64,000 nt of DNA from Candidatus Zhuqueibacterota bacterium (GCA_049322915.1 JBMOPW010000016.1:199971-263970), one strand, 5' to 3'. Positions 49,072 through 59,563 are shown, counted from the first letter of the stretch. Numbers and translations: made by a program. The notes: a model not told the origin generated them from the sequence alone.

Positions 49072-51153
49072 TCATTGCATCTCCTGGTTCAGGAACCGCT
49101 CTTTGAATGTCGGTTTGGCGCCGGCCATTTTGATGAAAATATCAAGCGGCACTACCTCAAATTCCGGGCCCAGATTGTCCAGAATGGCTTTCACGCGGGT
49201 AATATCGCTCCACTGGCGGACGTGCATCAGCAGAAAATAGGGCCGTTGGGAATTGATCGTTGCCAGTTCCTGCAAATCAGCCGCAGCGTCGGCTTCGGTG
49301 CGGGTCGGCGAAAGATAGTAATCGAACGACAGAAACGGCCGGCCGTCGCGGCTGGTGAAGGTGAAGGATGGGGAATAGCCGTTGGCAAATCCAATGGCGC
49401 CGGGCATCCGTTCATAGTACACATCCACAACGTCCCGGGGCAACTCGGTATTGCCCTCCACCGTGGCGCCTTGGGAATAGTCCATGATTTCGAAGACGTT
49501 CAGGTCGAGCTTCTTCATCAGATCATAGGCGATGTCAATGATCGCGGGCAGCGTCTCTTTTGGGATGGCTTTGGGATACATGTAACCCGGCCCTGAGAGC
49601 GAGCCGATGAAAAAGTCATTTGGCGTGGCCTGGGTGTAGAAATATTCCATCATGGCCGGAGCCAGCCACGACCAGTTCATGGTCACTTCCCAGGCATAGG
49701 GTAGTTGGCCGCGGCCCGGTCGCGTCCATGCGCCAAGTCCGAGACAGTCGGTCTGGATGCACGAAATGTACACTTTCTTTTTGGGCGAATAGGTTTTTCC
49801 CGGCACGATGTTGTGATTATTTTTGAATGTGAATCCCGGCGACGCCGGCACCTGGCTGCTGAAGCTCATGTTCGGCAACGTGTGCAAGCCTTCCACGCGC
49901 AGGGAATAGCTTGAAGTGAGCGTCACGTGGTCGCGCTCTTTGTCTTTTTTATAGGAATGCCAGCCGAATACGTAGGACAGTGGTTTCATTTCCGACAGCA
50001 GTTTATTGGCCAGCGCATACTCTTCGGTATCCGTGACTTTGGTGGAGAGATCATTGAAAAAGGCGCGCTTGAAAATGCCCCAGTCGGCGACGCCCGGTTT
50101 CATGATGGCGCCGTGCTCGCCGCCCATCCACACGATGTATTCTTTACTGCACCGATTCCAGTACTGCTCGTACGCCCAGGCGTAGATTTGCGCATCGCTC
50201 TGTCCGGTGAATTTGCCCCGGAAGTCTTCGACTTTTTTCAAACCGAATTTCTCGACCAGTGGAATCATCTCTTCGCTGACCACAATAGCTTGCTCCAGCC
50301 CTGCCACCGTGAACGAGACGATGAGTGAGGTGCGCACATCCTTGTCCCAGACCACGTAGCCGTGAACGTTTTCCTTGAATCGTTGCAGCGCCTGTTCGGC
50401 CGTGGCCAGTTTGTTGAATGTGTAGTGTCGCTCGTTTTTCAAAAACTCGAGGACATTGGGCGTGAACCGAAAGTCCCACGTCGACGGATAGACAAAGTAC
50501 AAATTCGGCCCGGTGGCGTTGGCCAGTCCCTGAAGGCTTATCAGAAAAGCCTGCGTCGGCAGCTTGCCGCTGATTTCCCAGTTGTCTTCCAGTTCCATGT
50601 ACCAGGCGTTTTTAATGCCTTCCTTTTTCAGGACGTACCTGACCTTCGGACCGGTCTTGCGCGAGGCGCGATTAACATCGTAGGTGATGATTTCCTTATC
50701 CGCAGACAGGGTGTAGTGATGGGTGACAGTTTCCGGGAATCGTCCCTGGGAACTGATGAGGTTGAATTGCTCCACCAGTTTTAATACCGCGCCGGGTTTC
50801 TCCCAGGTCGCTTTGATCTGCCGCTGCTCGCCCACCGGCATGGACAATCCCATGAAAACATTGGTTGCCACAACGCGGTCGTGGATTTCGAATGCATGAA
50901 AATTGCTATCGATGTTCAGGTTGATGGAATCCCGGAAGCTGCGGCCAACGCCCCACTGATGAATGAGCGTGAGCTGGTCTCCGCTGATGTGAAACTCTAC
51001 CGAGAGCGCGCCGTACAGGTCAATTTCCGTGCTTTTTTCGTTGATCATCTTCCATGTGCCATCAAAGTCATTCGATTCTGCTTCGGATATTAATGAAAAA
51101 AATAAAAAGAAAATACATGTGAAATAGGCGACGCTTTTCATTCTTTTTAACAT
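49072..51153 (-). CDS. Secreted GxGYxYP-motif putative glycoside hydrolase (paralog 2)
   Basis: SGPGYMYP; shares long blocks with 38445-40517 (EDFRGKFTGQSDAQIY, KDKERDHVTLTS, GATVEGNTEL). Confidence 0.85.
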   Translation of the reverse strand: MLKRMKSVAYFTCIFFLFFSLISEAESNDFDGTWKMINEKSTEIDLYGALSVEFHISGDQLTLIHQWGVGRSFRDSINLNIDSNFHAFEIHDRVVATNVFMGLSMPVGEQRQIKATWEKPGAVLKLVEQFNLISSQGRFPETVTHHYTLSADKEIITYDVNRASRKTGPKVRYVLKKEGIKNAWYMELEDNWEISGKLPTQAFLISLQGLANATGPNLYFVYPSTWDFRFTPNVLEFLKNERHYTFNKLATAEQALQRFKENVHGYVVWDKDVRTSLIVSFTVAGLEQAIVVSEEMIPLVEKFGLKKVEDFRGKFTGQSDAQIYAWAYEQYWNRCSKEYIVWMGGEHGAIMKPGVADWGIFKRAFFNDLSTKVTDTEEYALANKLLSEMKPLSYVFGWHSYKKDKERDHVTLTSSYSLRVEGLHTLPNMSFSSQVPASPGFTFKNNHNIVPGKTYSPKKKVYISCIQTDCLGLGAWTRPGRGQLPYAWEVTMNWSWLAPAMMEYFYTQATPNDFFIGSLSGPGYMYPKAIPKETLPAIIDIAYDLMKKLDLNVFEIMDYSQGATVEGNTELPRDVVDVYYERMPGAIGFANGYSPSFTFTSRDGRPFLSFDYYLSPTRTEADAAADLQELATINSQRPYFLLMHVRQWSDITRVKAILDNLGPEFEVVPLDIFIKMAGAKPTFKERFLNQEMQ

Positions 51154-51257
51154 AACAATCTCCTCGCTTTAATGATAAAATGATTGTATCTACTCAGGTT
51201 GGCTGGTTCAGAGTTCAGGGTTTAAGGTTATAATCATGTAGATTTCGTAAATGAATG

Positions 51258-51612
51258 TTCGTAACTGTTCAGCCACAAAATCTCAAAGGCACGAAGAAAA
51301 AAATACATCTAACCTGAATTATTCATGAACTTGCTCAGAATTTGAGTCAACATTCAGATTTTCAATTAGCTAAATGCTAAGCTATTTTGAAACTCAGTTT
51401 TTATACGTTTATTCTAAAAAGAGCATCATTCAGGTTAGCCAGCCTCCTTTAAAAATACTATGAATAATGCAGGTTAAATTATCGATTCAGAAAAGCTAAC
51501 GTGGTTTAAAGAAAAATGAATCTCACAAAATAAGAATGAATAAAAGGACATCGTCCTGAAAAGTGTGGTTTGGTGGCTTCGCGGCAAGACTACATGCCTG
51601 AATAGCGACGAA
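51258..51612. mobile_element. Degenerate AT-rich MITE-like element with a nested inverted-repeat element
   Basis: Outer ends TTCGTAACTGTTCAG / CTGAATAGCGACGAA (12/15); inner perfect 11-bp IR CTAACCTGAAT (51309) / ATTCAGGTTAG (51428-51438). Confidence 0.45.
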
Positions 51613-51736
51613 AATTCTCTTTAACCCGGAACCGGACGTTTTGCTTAATTAAAGGAATAGGTAATCCAACATTACGAGTGGATATGCGTCCTGATTCTCT
51701 ATCGACTGTACACCATTCACCACTCATCCGTAGCGA

Positions 51737-52405
51737 CTAATCTCGAAGCATGGCCTGGATATCTCCGCTCAGTTTCAAACTCTCACTGTGCATGCTTTGA
51801 TGAAGTAAAAAATTTTGCCTCAAAAGAACCTGATACCCCAATAATAGATTCTTGAATTTATAGTCGCGAATGATGTCCATGCGAACGATTTTTGCAGACT
51901 CAAGATCAATGTGTTCAAACAAAAATGGAATAAAATAGGAATTCAGAAATGAAGAAAAGTTTTGTTCCTGCATTTTTCGTTCATCGTTTCGCTGGTAGTA
52001 TTTGAAAATCTTCTCTTTCAGGGAATAATCTGAAAGGGTGTTCAGGTCGCCGCTGTTCTTAAGGGATTCGTAGGTGCCGGCATTCTGAAAGAACGGATAA
52101 TATTGACTCATGGTCGAGAGAATTACCAAAATCGAGTCGCTGGGGACTGTCGTTTGGTGAAGCAATGCAATGAGACGGGTGATATTCTTTAAGGTATTCT
52201 CTTCATGAGCGATTATATCGGCAAGTTGCACGCTGTCTTTTGCAATGTCATCGTAAAAGCTTTGAAGGTAATTTTTTTCCAACTGGCTGGCTTTGTAATT
52301 TTCCTGGGCGCGGTCAATCATAAAAGCCAGTGTAATTCCGATGATGACAACAATGAGTTCGACGACTTGATTGATCCAGTCTATTTTTGTTTTTTTCATA
52401 GGCAT
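51737..52405 (-). CDS. Hypothetical membrane-anchored helical protein (DUF6090-like)
   Basis: ELIVVIIGITLAFMID N-terminal TM and TYESLKNSGDLNTL motif; AT-rich. Confidence 0.7.
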   Translation of the reverse strand: MPMKKTKIDWINQVVELIVVIIGITLAFMIDRAQENYKASQLEKNYLQSFYDDIAKDSVQLADIIAHEENTLKNITRLIALLHQTTVPSDSILVILSTMSQYYPFFQNAGTYESLKNSGDLNTLSDYSLKEKIFKYYQRNDERKMQEQNFSSFLNSYFIPFLFEHIDLESAKIVRMDIIRDYKFKNLLLGYQVLLRQNFLLHQSMHSESLKLSGDIQAMLRD

Positions 52406-52452
52406 CACTATATTATTTAAAAATTCAAGTATGCACAGAGTAACCACGTGCT

Positions 52453-53844
52453 TTATTTTGGAAACGCGTCCAGAACCTCTGCCGCGAATATTTTGAAATC
52501 CCACGAAGTCGGTTCAATGCTCAAACCGAGCCGAACAAGAACCAGATTGCGCGACGGAATGATGAACACGTGTTGACTTTCGTGGCCCCAGCAGAAGAAC
52601 AAATCCGCCGGCAACGCGGGCATCCATTGGCCATTCGGCGTTTTGGGATTGATCCAGAAATGCGCGCCGTATTTCCATTGCCGCGAGGCTTTCGTCGGAG
52701 AGGTCGAGTAGCCGACCCAGCCCTCCGGCAGAATGCGCTCGCCCTGCCACACGCCATCCTGCAGGTACAACTGGCCAAACCGCGCCCAGTCGCGTGCCGT
52801 GGCGTACATGAACGATGATCCGACAAATGTGCCGGCGGCGTCCGGCTCCAGCACGGCGCCGGTCATGCCGATTTTTCCAAAGAGCGCCTGACCGGGAAAA
52901 CGGAGATAGTCGGCATCCGTCCCGGCCAGTGCATGTTTTAGCAGCCGGGCGATGATATTGGTCGTGCCGCTGGAGTAGTGCCATGTTTCGCCAGGCGGAT
53001 GGGCCCGGGGTTTGTTCGCGGCGAAAGCGGCTGCGTCGCGCTCGACGAATAGCATCTGAGAAACGTCTGTTTTTGGCGTGGTGTATTGTTCGTGAAATTT
53101 CAACCCGCTGTTCATGCGCAGCAAATGGTCGAGGGTGATCGCGCGGCGCGGATCATCGGGTTTTTGCCATTCGGGCAAATTCAGCGGCGCGTCCAGCGAC
53201 AATTTTCCCTGACCAACGAGGATGCCAGCCAGGGCATTGATCACGCTCTTGGTCATGGACCAGCCTAACAGCGGCGTGTCTTTGTTGAAGCAGTCCGCAT
53301 ATCTTTCCGCGACGATCCGGCCTTTGTACGCCACCACAACCGCTCGCGTGCGTCGCAGCCGGGTTGAATCCGGCTCCGAAAATGCATGGTCGATGGCCTG
53401 ATTCAATTTCACCGAATCCACCTCCGCGGGCAGATCCGACAGGTTCACGGCTTCCCCCTGCGGCCAGAGTAATTCGTCACTGAGCCGGGCCATGGCGGGC
53501 AGTCCGGTGCTGCGGTCTTCCGGCTGTACATGGAGCGTCACTCCCAATCCCGGCCTGAAGCTGGCGCGGCTCTTCACCAAACCCAGCAGGGTCGACGCCG
53601 TGACGCTCTGGTTGAGGCTATCGATGTCTACATCGAAAAATTGATAGACAGTGGCCGATAGATCTTCACGAAGCACCGAGTCCGCATTTCGCCCTGAGAC
53701 GAAGATGCCGGAGGCGAGTATTTTAGCTTTGTAACCGGCGCCGATGGCAGCGACCTGCAGCAGATAATTCCCGCCGAAAATCAATGCGATGAGGAGCAAG
53801 ATCAGGCCGATGCATCGAACCTTTTTCAGAGTCGTTTTTTTCAT
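52453..53844 (-). CDS. Serine hydrolase (beta-lactamase class C-like)
   Basis: WSMTKS (SxxK), WHYSSG (Tyr), ARDWARFG, WGHESQ; N-terminal TM. Confidence 0.88.
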   Translation of the reverse strand: MKKTTLKKVRCIGLILLLIALIFGGNYLLQVAAIGAGYKAKILASGIFVSGRNADSVLREDLSATVYQFFDVDIDSLNQSVTASTLLGLVKSRASFRPGLGVTLHVQPEDRSTGLPAMARLSDELLWPQGEAVNLSDLPAEVDSVKLNQAIDHAFSEPDSTRLRRTRAVVVAYKGRIVAERYADCFNKDTPLLGWSMTKSVINALAGILVGQGKLSLDAPLNLPEWQKPDDPRRAITLDHLLRMNSGLKFHEQYTTPKTDVSQMLFVERDAAAFAANKPRAHPPGETWHYSSGTTNIIARLLKHALAGTDADYLRFPGQALFGKIGMTGAVLEPDAAGTFVGSSFMYATARDWARFGQLYLQDGVWQGERILPEGWVGYSTSPTKASRQWKYGAHFWINPKTPNGQWMPALPADLFFCWGHESQHVFIIPSRNLVLVRLGLSIEPTSWDFKIFAAEVLDAFPK

Positions 53845-53968
53845 CCAAAGTCTCCGCGGATAAAGTGGACAGTTGGGATTGAATTCACATTCGTTATCGT
53901 GTCGGAGCAGACAATCAGCGTGCTGGTGCAACCCGAGACCGCGCCCTGACGATGGGCCGCTATAAATT

Positions 53969-54000
53969 AATCAGGCATGGAATTTTTCCCATGCCTGATT
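53969..54000 (-). terminator. Intrinsic terminator
   Basis: AATCAGGCATGG...CCATGCCTGATT 12-bp stem just after the 54014 stop. Confidence 0.65.
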
Positions 54001-54013
54001 TCATAAAGCATCT

Positions 54014-56404
54014 TTATATGTCGCTCAATTGACCTGTGACCGGCGAAGGACCGGCGTCGATCTCGTCCAGTGAATAGAAATCGATGCCCGGCACGCGCCA
54101 GATGAAATTGGGATCAACGTAGGGTTCGTCATTCTCATGGCCCTGCATGAGCTCAATTTTCCGTTTCAGCAGCTCGCCGAAATTCTCGCCCAATTGATGC
54201 ACGGATTCGCCATGCCCGGAAATGAGCATAAAATCCGTGGCGCTGGTTTCCCAGAGATGCAGCAACTGCTTTGTGTTTTCAATTTCGGACAGCACCATCT
54301 CTTTCAACAGCGCGCGGCATTTTTTCTTCGTCTCTTTGTCCGATGTGCGCAGATACCCATGCACCCCGGCAATCCACGCCTGGGCATTGCGCTGGGTGAT
54401 GAACCAGTATTTGAGCGCGTGCAGCCGATCGGACAGATCGATAAACAAACGATGGGCAGCCGGATCCGCTTCGGTCTTTTTCACCACGGACAGAATGAAT
54501 TCGAGGACTCTGTCCATCACCGGCCGGATGTTGTCGTCCATTCGCTGCGCATTTCGCGACGCCAAATCCGGCCCGCCCAATTCGAACAACACGTCGCGGT
54601 TCAGGTCCACGCGGGTCGGATTGTGGGGCGGCGCTAACAGATAGTTCTCATAGTAGGCGCGATCTTCCTCAGAAATGGCTTCGATGTTGGGAATGAGGGG
54701 ACGAACCCAGAGCCGGTACCAGGTGATTCCGACAAAGGTGTACAGGCCGACCGGCGGGTAGGCGCGAACGGCTTCCTGAACCATCTGCCAGATTTTATAG
54801 AGATCGTCCGCATGGGCCTGGCCGACCCATTTACGGGCGATGCTCTTCAATGTCGCGTCGATATCCAGGTCCGGATTGAACTGAAACTGTCCGACGATCT
54901 CGCGGTTGATGCACCACGGCGCCAATGATGGCGGGTGAATGCCGCCCTGATTGACCACGTACTGCGCGCCAACCCGGCGCATAGCGCTGAGCTTTTCGCA
55001 CAGCATCCACGGGAACGGAATGCCCAGCAGGGGATCGAAATTCAGATAGAGACCAAAGGAGTAAATCACGTGAGCCAGAGAACCCTTGCCGGTCATCATG
55101 TCCATGAATTCCTTCTCTTCCTGTTTGAACGTATTCTGGTGGGCTGTGGATTGCACCGCATCGACATCCTCGTAGAGTTCGTGCCGGTACGCGGAACCAT
55201 ACCCGCGGCTCAGGAATGACGATCCTTCCACGTCGATTCGTTCGCCGATTTCATTCAACATGTGGGTGCGCTCATCGGCGAACGGCTCCAACCGAAACAT
55301 GACGCGGAAGTTCGGATTGATCTCGGCTGCACCGTCCCTGAGCAGCTTGAAAAAGCTCATGGCATTTTTGGCCGCAGCTTTGGCGACGTCATCCACCGAT
55401 TTCCATTCGCGGATGAGATAAGCGCCGCCGTTAGCGCCCACATAGAGCGAGCGGGTGAATTCGAAGCCGGCGCCGCTGTCGTTGGTGACAATCGAAATGT
55501 ATCCCAGTTCCGGCACTTCGCGGAGCAGGTTCTGAATCAATTCCTTGTAATGCATTCGGACGAACGGATGAGCCAGCGCCATACTGAATCGCGGTTTCAT
55601 GCTGCGAAACGGGTGATCCACGCGGGCGCCGCGCAGCATGGGATATTTTTTCAGCAACTCGTCCGGCACATTGCGCGGCTCAAAGCTGTGCAGTCCCGGC
55701 GTCAGCCCGTATCGCACCGTTTCTGTGGCATATTTTTTCAACAGACTTAAATTGGCATTGAGATATTCCCTCGGATAGATACCATCGTTGAGCTTGCTGG
55801 AGACGAACTGATCCAGCGCCGGGCAATAGGTGTAAAACACCGGGTACACCTCATGCTCCACGCCCGGTTCCAGCCCGTGGGCGGTCGCCAGAGAATTCAC
55901 TTCCACGTGGGAGAAGCCCAGACGGGCATATTCCCGAATGTGCGCCTTCCAGTCCATGTGACGGGACGTGCGATCCAATTGGGTGAGACAACAATCATAC
56001 ACCGGCCGGTTCCACTTGAAACCGATCTCCAGCAGCGTGCCATCGTGAAAATCCCCGGCGGATTGCTCGCCCAGAAAATCAAACAGATGACAGACTGTGG
56101 CGAACAGCAAATGGTTCCGGGCGACGATGATTTCAACATTCCCGTTTTTGCTGAGCCTGATATAGCTCCAGTCCCTGTCTTCCGGCGCGCGGAGTTTTTT
56201 GGCCAGCGCCTCCGGCTTCGGTGCATCTTCTGCGATGAGCAGGAATAGCTCCCCGGCCGTGGCCGAGGCTTCACTGCCGTGCGCCACCGGCAGCTTTCGT
56301 TTCAAACGATCCCCCACCTCGTCGGCGACGGTCTGGTACACCGGTTTTTTCACATCGGGAAATACGACGCGGTCGATTTTATTCAACATGTCGATTACAC
56401 TCAT
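54014..56404 (-). CDS. Hypothetical 796-aa cytoplasmic protein, possibly glycoside-hydrolase-like
   Basis: Long ORF, GAGGAG RBS, no signal peptide; barrel-like segment HIREYARLGFSHVEVN. Function not recognised. Confidence 0.6.
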   Translation of the reverse strand: MSVIDMLNKIDRVVFPDVKKPVYQTVADEVGDRLKRKLPVAHGSEASATAGELFLLIAEDAPKPEALAKKLRAPEDRDWSYIRLSKNGNVEIIVARNHLLFATVCHLFDFLGEQSAGDFHDGTLLEIGFKWNRPVYDCCLTQLDRTSRHMDWKAHIREYARLGFSHVEVNSLATAHGLEPGVEHEVYPVFYTYCPALDQFVSSKLNDGIYPREYLNANLSLLKKYATETVRYGLTPGLHSFEPRNVPDELLKKYPMLRGARVDHPFRSMKPRFSMALAHPFVRMHYKELIQNLLREVPELGYISIVTNDSGAGFEFTRSLYVGANGGAYLIREWKSVDDVAKAAAKNAMSFFKLLRDGAAEINPNFRVMFRLEPFADERTHMLNEIGERIDVEGSSFLSRGYGSAYRHELYEDVDAVQSTAHQNTFKQEEKEFMDMMTGKGSLAHVIYSFGLYLNFDPLLGIPFPWMLCEKLSAMRRVGAQYVVNQGGIHPPSLAPWCINREIVGQFQFNPDLDIDATLKSIARKWVGQAHADDLYKIWQMVQEAVRAYPPVGLYTFVGITWYRLWVRPLIPNIEAISEEDRAYYENYLLAPPHNPTRVDLNRDVLFELGGPDLASRNAQRMDDNIRPVMDRVLEFILSVVKKTEADPAAHRLFIDLSDRLHALKYWFITQRNAQAWIAGVHGYLRTSDKETKKKCRALLKEMVLSEIENTKQLLHLWETSATDFMLISGHGESVHQLGENFGELLKRKIELMQGHENDEPYVDPNFIWRVPGIDFYSLDEIDAGPSPVTGQLSDI

Positions 56405-56572
56405 ACATTTTTCTCCTCGTAATAAACATCTTCTTCATGTATTTGAACTATAGTGAATTATCTTCAGAAAGACCAACAGAGCCATTCATGGATTCCGCGC
56501 GCGGGAACCCGGCGCTGCGGAAAGGCACTCCGGCTGCGGGGATTCGCGCCACGATATTTTAACAACGCTTTA

Positions 56573-57472
56573 CTAAAATTGCAGCATTGCGGACAGCGGC
56601 GCCCGAAACGCCTCCAGCATGAGCACAAGAAAACCGATGCCGAATCCCAGAATCATCAGTTTGTTGAGCCGCTCTTTATAAATCCACGCCGTGAGCACAA
56701 CGCCGCCCAGTAACGAAATTCCCTGGGTCAATGGGAAAACGACAGTCGCCGGCAGACTCATGGCTTTGATGAAAAAGATCGTTCCGCTGGAACTGAAAAT
56801 GCCGACCAGAATTCCGATTTTCACCTCATTTGTGGAAACCATTGGCCGGAGCTTGTTTTTCAGCGCGATGATCAGGACGATGATCGCGGTGACAGCGTAA
56901 GCAATGGTGGCCAAACCGGCGGTATTGTCATTTCCGAACAGTACGTATTTGAGCTTATTGCCGGTGATGAATAAGCCGTTGGACATGAAAACGATGATCA
57001 GCAGAAGAAGGAAGCGCCGGTTCGCCCGGTGAAGACCTGTGTCCGCGACTCTCATCCCGTGCGCGAAAAGAAGCAGCATGATGACAAAGAACAGCACGAT
57101 GAACGGATCGACCAGCAGCACCTGGTCATGAAAAAACAGCGGTGAGATGAGAATGGGCACCAGCAACGACAGATTGAGAATTGTCCAGCTCACGGACGCC
57201 GGGCCGATACGATTGGCCTCGAGAATCAGAAGCAGGGCAATGACCAGCAAAACTCCCATGACGATGCCCTGCGCCCAGAGTCGCGGGTCATCCCAGTGCG
57301 TGACTTCATAGAACGAAGTGATCAGCGAAATAATTCCCCCGGTCAGGGAGAAGACGAACGAGAAGACAACAGGTCGGCATTTGTGCTGCTCAGCGATTTT
57401 ATAGCCCAGACCCATCAAGGCGAAAAGAACGCCGGCAGCGATAGCATACAGAATTACCAATGACATGTTCAC
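56573..57472 (-). CDS. DMT/EamA family transporter
   Basis: About 10 TM helices in two repeats; GPASVSWTILNLS, PATVVFP, YKERL. Confidence 0.85.
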   Translation of the reverse strand: MNMSLVILYAIAAGVLFALMGLGYKIAEQHKCRPVVFSFVFSLTGGIISLITSFYEVTHWDDPRLWAQGIVMGVLLVIALLLILEANRIGPASVSWTILNLSLLVPILISPLFFHDQVLLVDPFIVLFFVIMLLLFAHGMRVADTGLHRANRRFLLLLIIVFMSNGLFITGNKLKYVLFGNDNTAGLATIAYAVTAIIVLIIALKNKLRPMVSTNEVKIGILVGIFSSSGTIFFIKAMSLPATVVFPLTQGISLLGGVVLTAWIYKERLNKLMILGFGIGFLVLMLEAFRAPLSAMLQF

Positions 57473-57502
57473 ACTTTCTCAGTAAAATTGTGAGTACCCG
57501 AA

Positions 57503-59563
57503 TCATTTTTTGGCAGCGCCGCAAAGTCGGATGATTGTGAGATATTCAATTTCAGGCACGGTGAAAGTACAGACGCCGTTTTCCATGGTGAAAGGGATGT
57601 CCTGTCCAGCCGGTTCGATGACAACGTTGCTGACGTGCCGGCAACGGACGCGGCAGACGATGTTGTGCGCCGGCTCCACGCGTTCGATCCCGGCAATGGC
57701 CGACTGTCCGCCCTGATGTCCCAGCGAATAGTGAATGAGATTGAGCAGCCAATCGTCTCCGCTGCGCATCAGGTTCGCTTCAATGGTACCGGAAGCGTCG
57801 ATGCGATACGGCTGCCCGGGGTCGACATAACGCAACAGTGCTTCCGTGAATTGCCGCAGCCAGTGGTGATTGGTTCGCCAGTAAATTTCAAAGATGGACG
57901 CAGCGATGTACACGGCCTTGCCCCTGCCGTACGGATGAAGTGTGGCAAAGGGAAATGGCGATGGGCGTTCCGAGGCCGGAGGATAATCGTGACGAAATCC
58001 TTTCACCGGAGGCTGGGATTCCCCGACCGGAAAAATCAGATCTGCCAGCGGAATAGCCCCATCGCACAGCACTTTGAAACAGTCCCCGCGGAGTTGCAGC
58101 GGGATGGCGTCGGTTGCGCCGCGGACTTCGGCGTGCGGAATGAAGTGAGCGACGCTGAAGCTGAGCGGCTCCACGTAACGAATGCCGAACACATCGGCCA
58201 ACGGACAGGTTCCATCGGTGAATATCGAATTGCCGACTGCGACGAGTATGCCCCGGTTGCGGACATAGTCGCGCAGACGTGACTCCATGCCGGGCTGGTA
58301 CGAAGCCGGCTCCGGCAAAATGATCAGCGGAAATTGATTCATATCTTCAGCCAGCACGCTGTAAACCAGGTCGGTCTGAATGTGGCTTTCGACCAGCATT
58401 TTGTGCGCGCCGCGCCAGGCAGGCGCCATGCCTTTCCAATTGAGCTGCGGATTTGCTGCGCACGCGCCGGCGATGAAGGGGAGGTTCGGATCCGGCACCG
58501 GCAGCAATACGACCGAATGCCGAATCGACTCGGCGCTGCGCAAAATATCCTCGCGTTGCTGCACAAAGCCGAAGGATGCGTCGAATGTGTCGTAAACGGC
58601 CGGCTGCAGCGTGCCGTCGACATTGACCTGGTCGCCCACGGTGGGAACCATGCCATTGCCGATAATGGCGGCCAGTTCGGTTCGCAGTTGCGGCTCCGGC
58701 TTGAGCGACATATCGCCCCAGCCCTCGTAAAAACGGACGGTCATCATCTGAATATCGAGGATGTCGTTGCGACCCAGCCGGGATGAAAAGCTATGGCCCA
58801 GATAATCCCCGGGACGGGGCTGACTCTCCCAGACGCCGATATCGCACAGTTCTTTGACCGGGCGGGACACGGCGCTGGCGCCGACAACGTTGCAGCAAAG
58901 GGCCAGTTGCGGATTGGTTCGCCGGAAGATATCGCGAATTTGTAACAGCCAGGTTTCAGCAAGACGCATGTTCAATCGTTGCCGTTGAACCGGCGGGAGC
59001 GCCGGCGTGATGTCGAGATTGAACTCTTTGAGCCAGCGCTGCCGGCAGAATTTGCAGAAGCAGAAATAATCCGGCGCGCCCCACGGAAACGGAATATCGA
59101 TGAACAGCCCATCCACCGGATAGTTGGCGGCAATCTCCTCCAATTGGGGCAGGGCCAGTTCGTCTTTGTAAGGCGTATTCATGCATACGGAGCCGAAGCG
59201 GTCGGAGTAGGTTTTCCCCTCGCCATCCACATAGCGCCAGTCAGGGTTTTCATCGAATGCGCGTTTATCCACGCACAGCGAATAGTAGGCCAGCGTTCGG
59301 ATGCCGCGCCGCCGGCACTCGAGAGCGGTTTCCATGAGAAAATCCTGAGTCAGTCCGCTGTGCCGATGCCCCACGTGGGTATGGTAATAGGAATTGCCAA
59401 AGTGGCATTTGGCAAACAGAGCGACCAGATTGACACGACCGCGCTGGAGGTGATCGACAAATATGCGGGCGTTAAAATTCTTAATTGCAGACCGGGGAAA
59501 TTCCGGCATGTGAAAATCCATGTGGACCTGCCGGTAGCAATCGCGGAACCAGTTGCAATGCAT
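57503..59563 (-). CDS. GHL6/GH151-like glycoside hydrolase with GH42-like trimerisation domain
   Basis: RQVHMDFH, FAKCHFGNSYY, YPVDGLFID, CFCKFC; C-terminal YGRGKAVY; no signal peptide. Confidence 0.8.
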   Translation of the reverse strand: MHCNWFRDCYRQVHMDFHMPEFPRSAIKNFNARIFVDHLQRGRVNLVALFAKCHFGNSYYHTHVGHRHSGLTQDFLMETALECRRRGIRTLAYYSLCVDKRAFDENPDWRYVDGEGKTYSDRFGSVCMNTPYKDELALPQLEEIAANYPVDGLFIDIPFPWGAPDYFCFCKFCRQRWLKEFNLDITPALPPVQRQRLNMRLAETWLLQIRDIFRRTNPQLALCCNVVGASAVSRPVKELCDIGVWESQPRPGDYLGHSFSSRLGRNDILDIQMMTVRFYEGWGDMSLKPEPQLRTELAAIIGNGMVPTVGDQVNVDGTLQPAVYDTFDASFGFVQQREDILRSAESIRHSVVLLPVPDPNLPFIAGACAANPQLNWKGMAPAWRGAHKMLVESHIQTDLVYSVLAEDMNQFPLIILPEPASYQPGMESRLRDYVRNRGILVAVGNSIFTDGTCPLADVFGIRYVEPLSFSVAHFIPHAEVRGATDAIPLQLRGDCFKVLCDGAIPLADLIFPVGESQPPVKGFRHDYPPASERPSPFPFATLHPYGRGKAVYIAASIFEIYWRTNHHWLRQFTEALLRYVDPGQPYRIDASGTIEANLMRSGDDWLLNLIHYSLGHQGGQSAIAGIERVEPAHNIVCRVRCRHVSNVVIEPAGQDIPFTMENGVCTFTVPEIEYLTIIRLCGAAKK

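Noticed and set aside
52453..53844. Beta-lactam resistance gene
   Set aside because: SxxK hydrolase with esterase/amidase-like features and no KTG motif; no evidence for AmpC activity.
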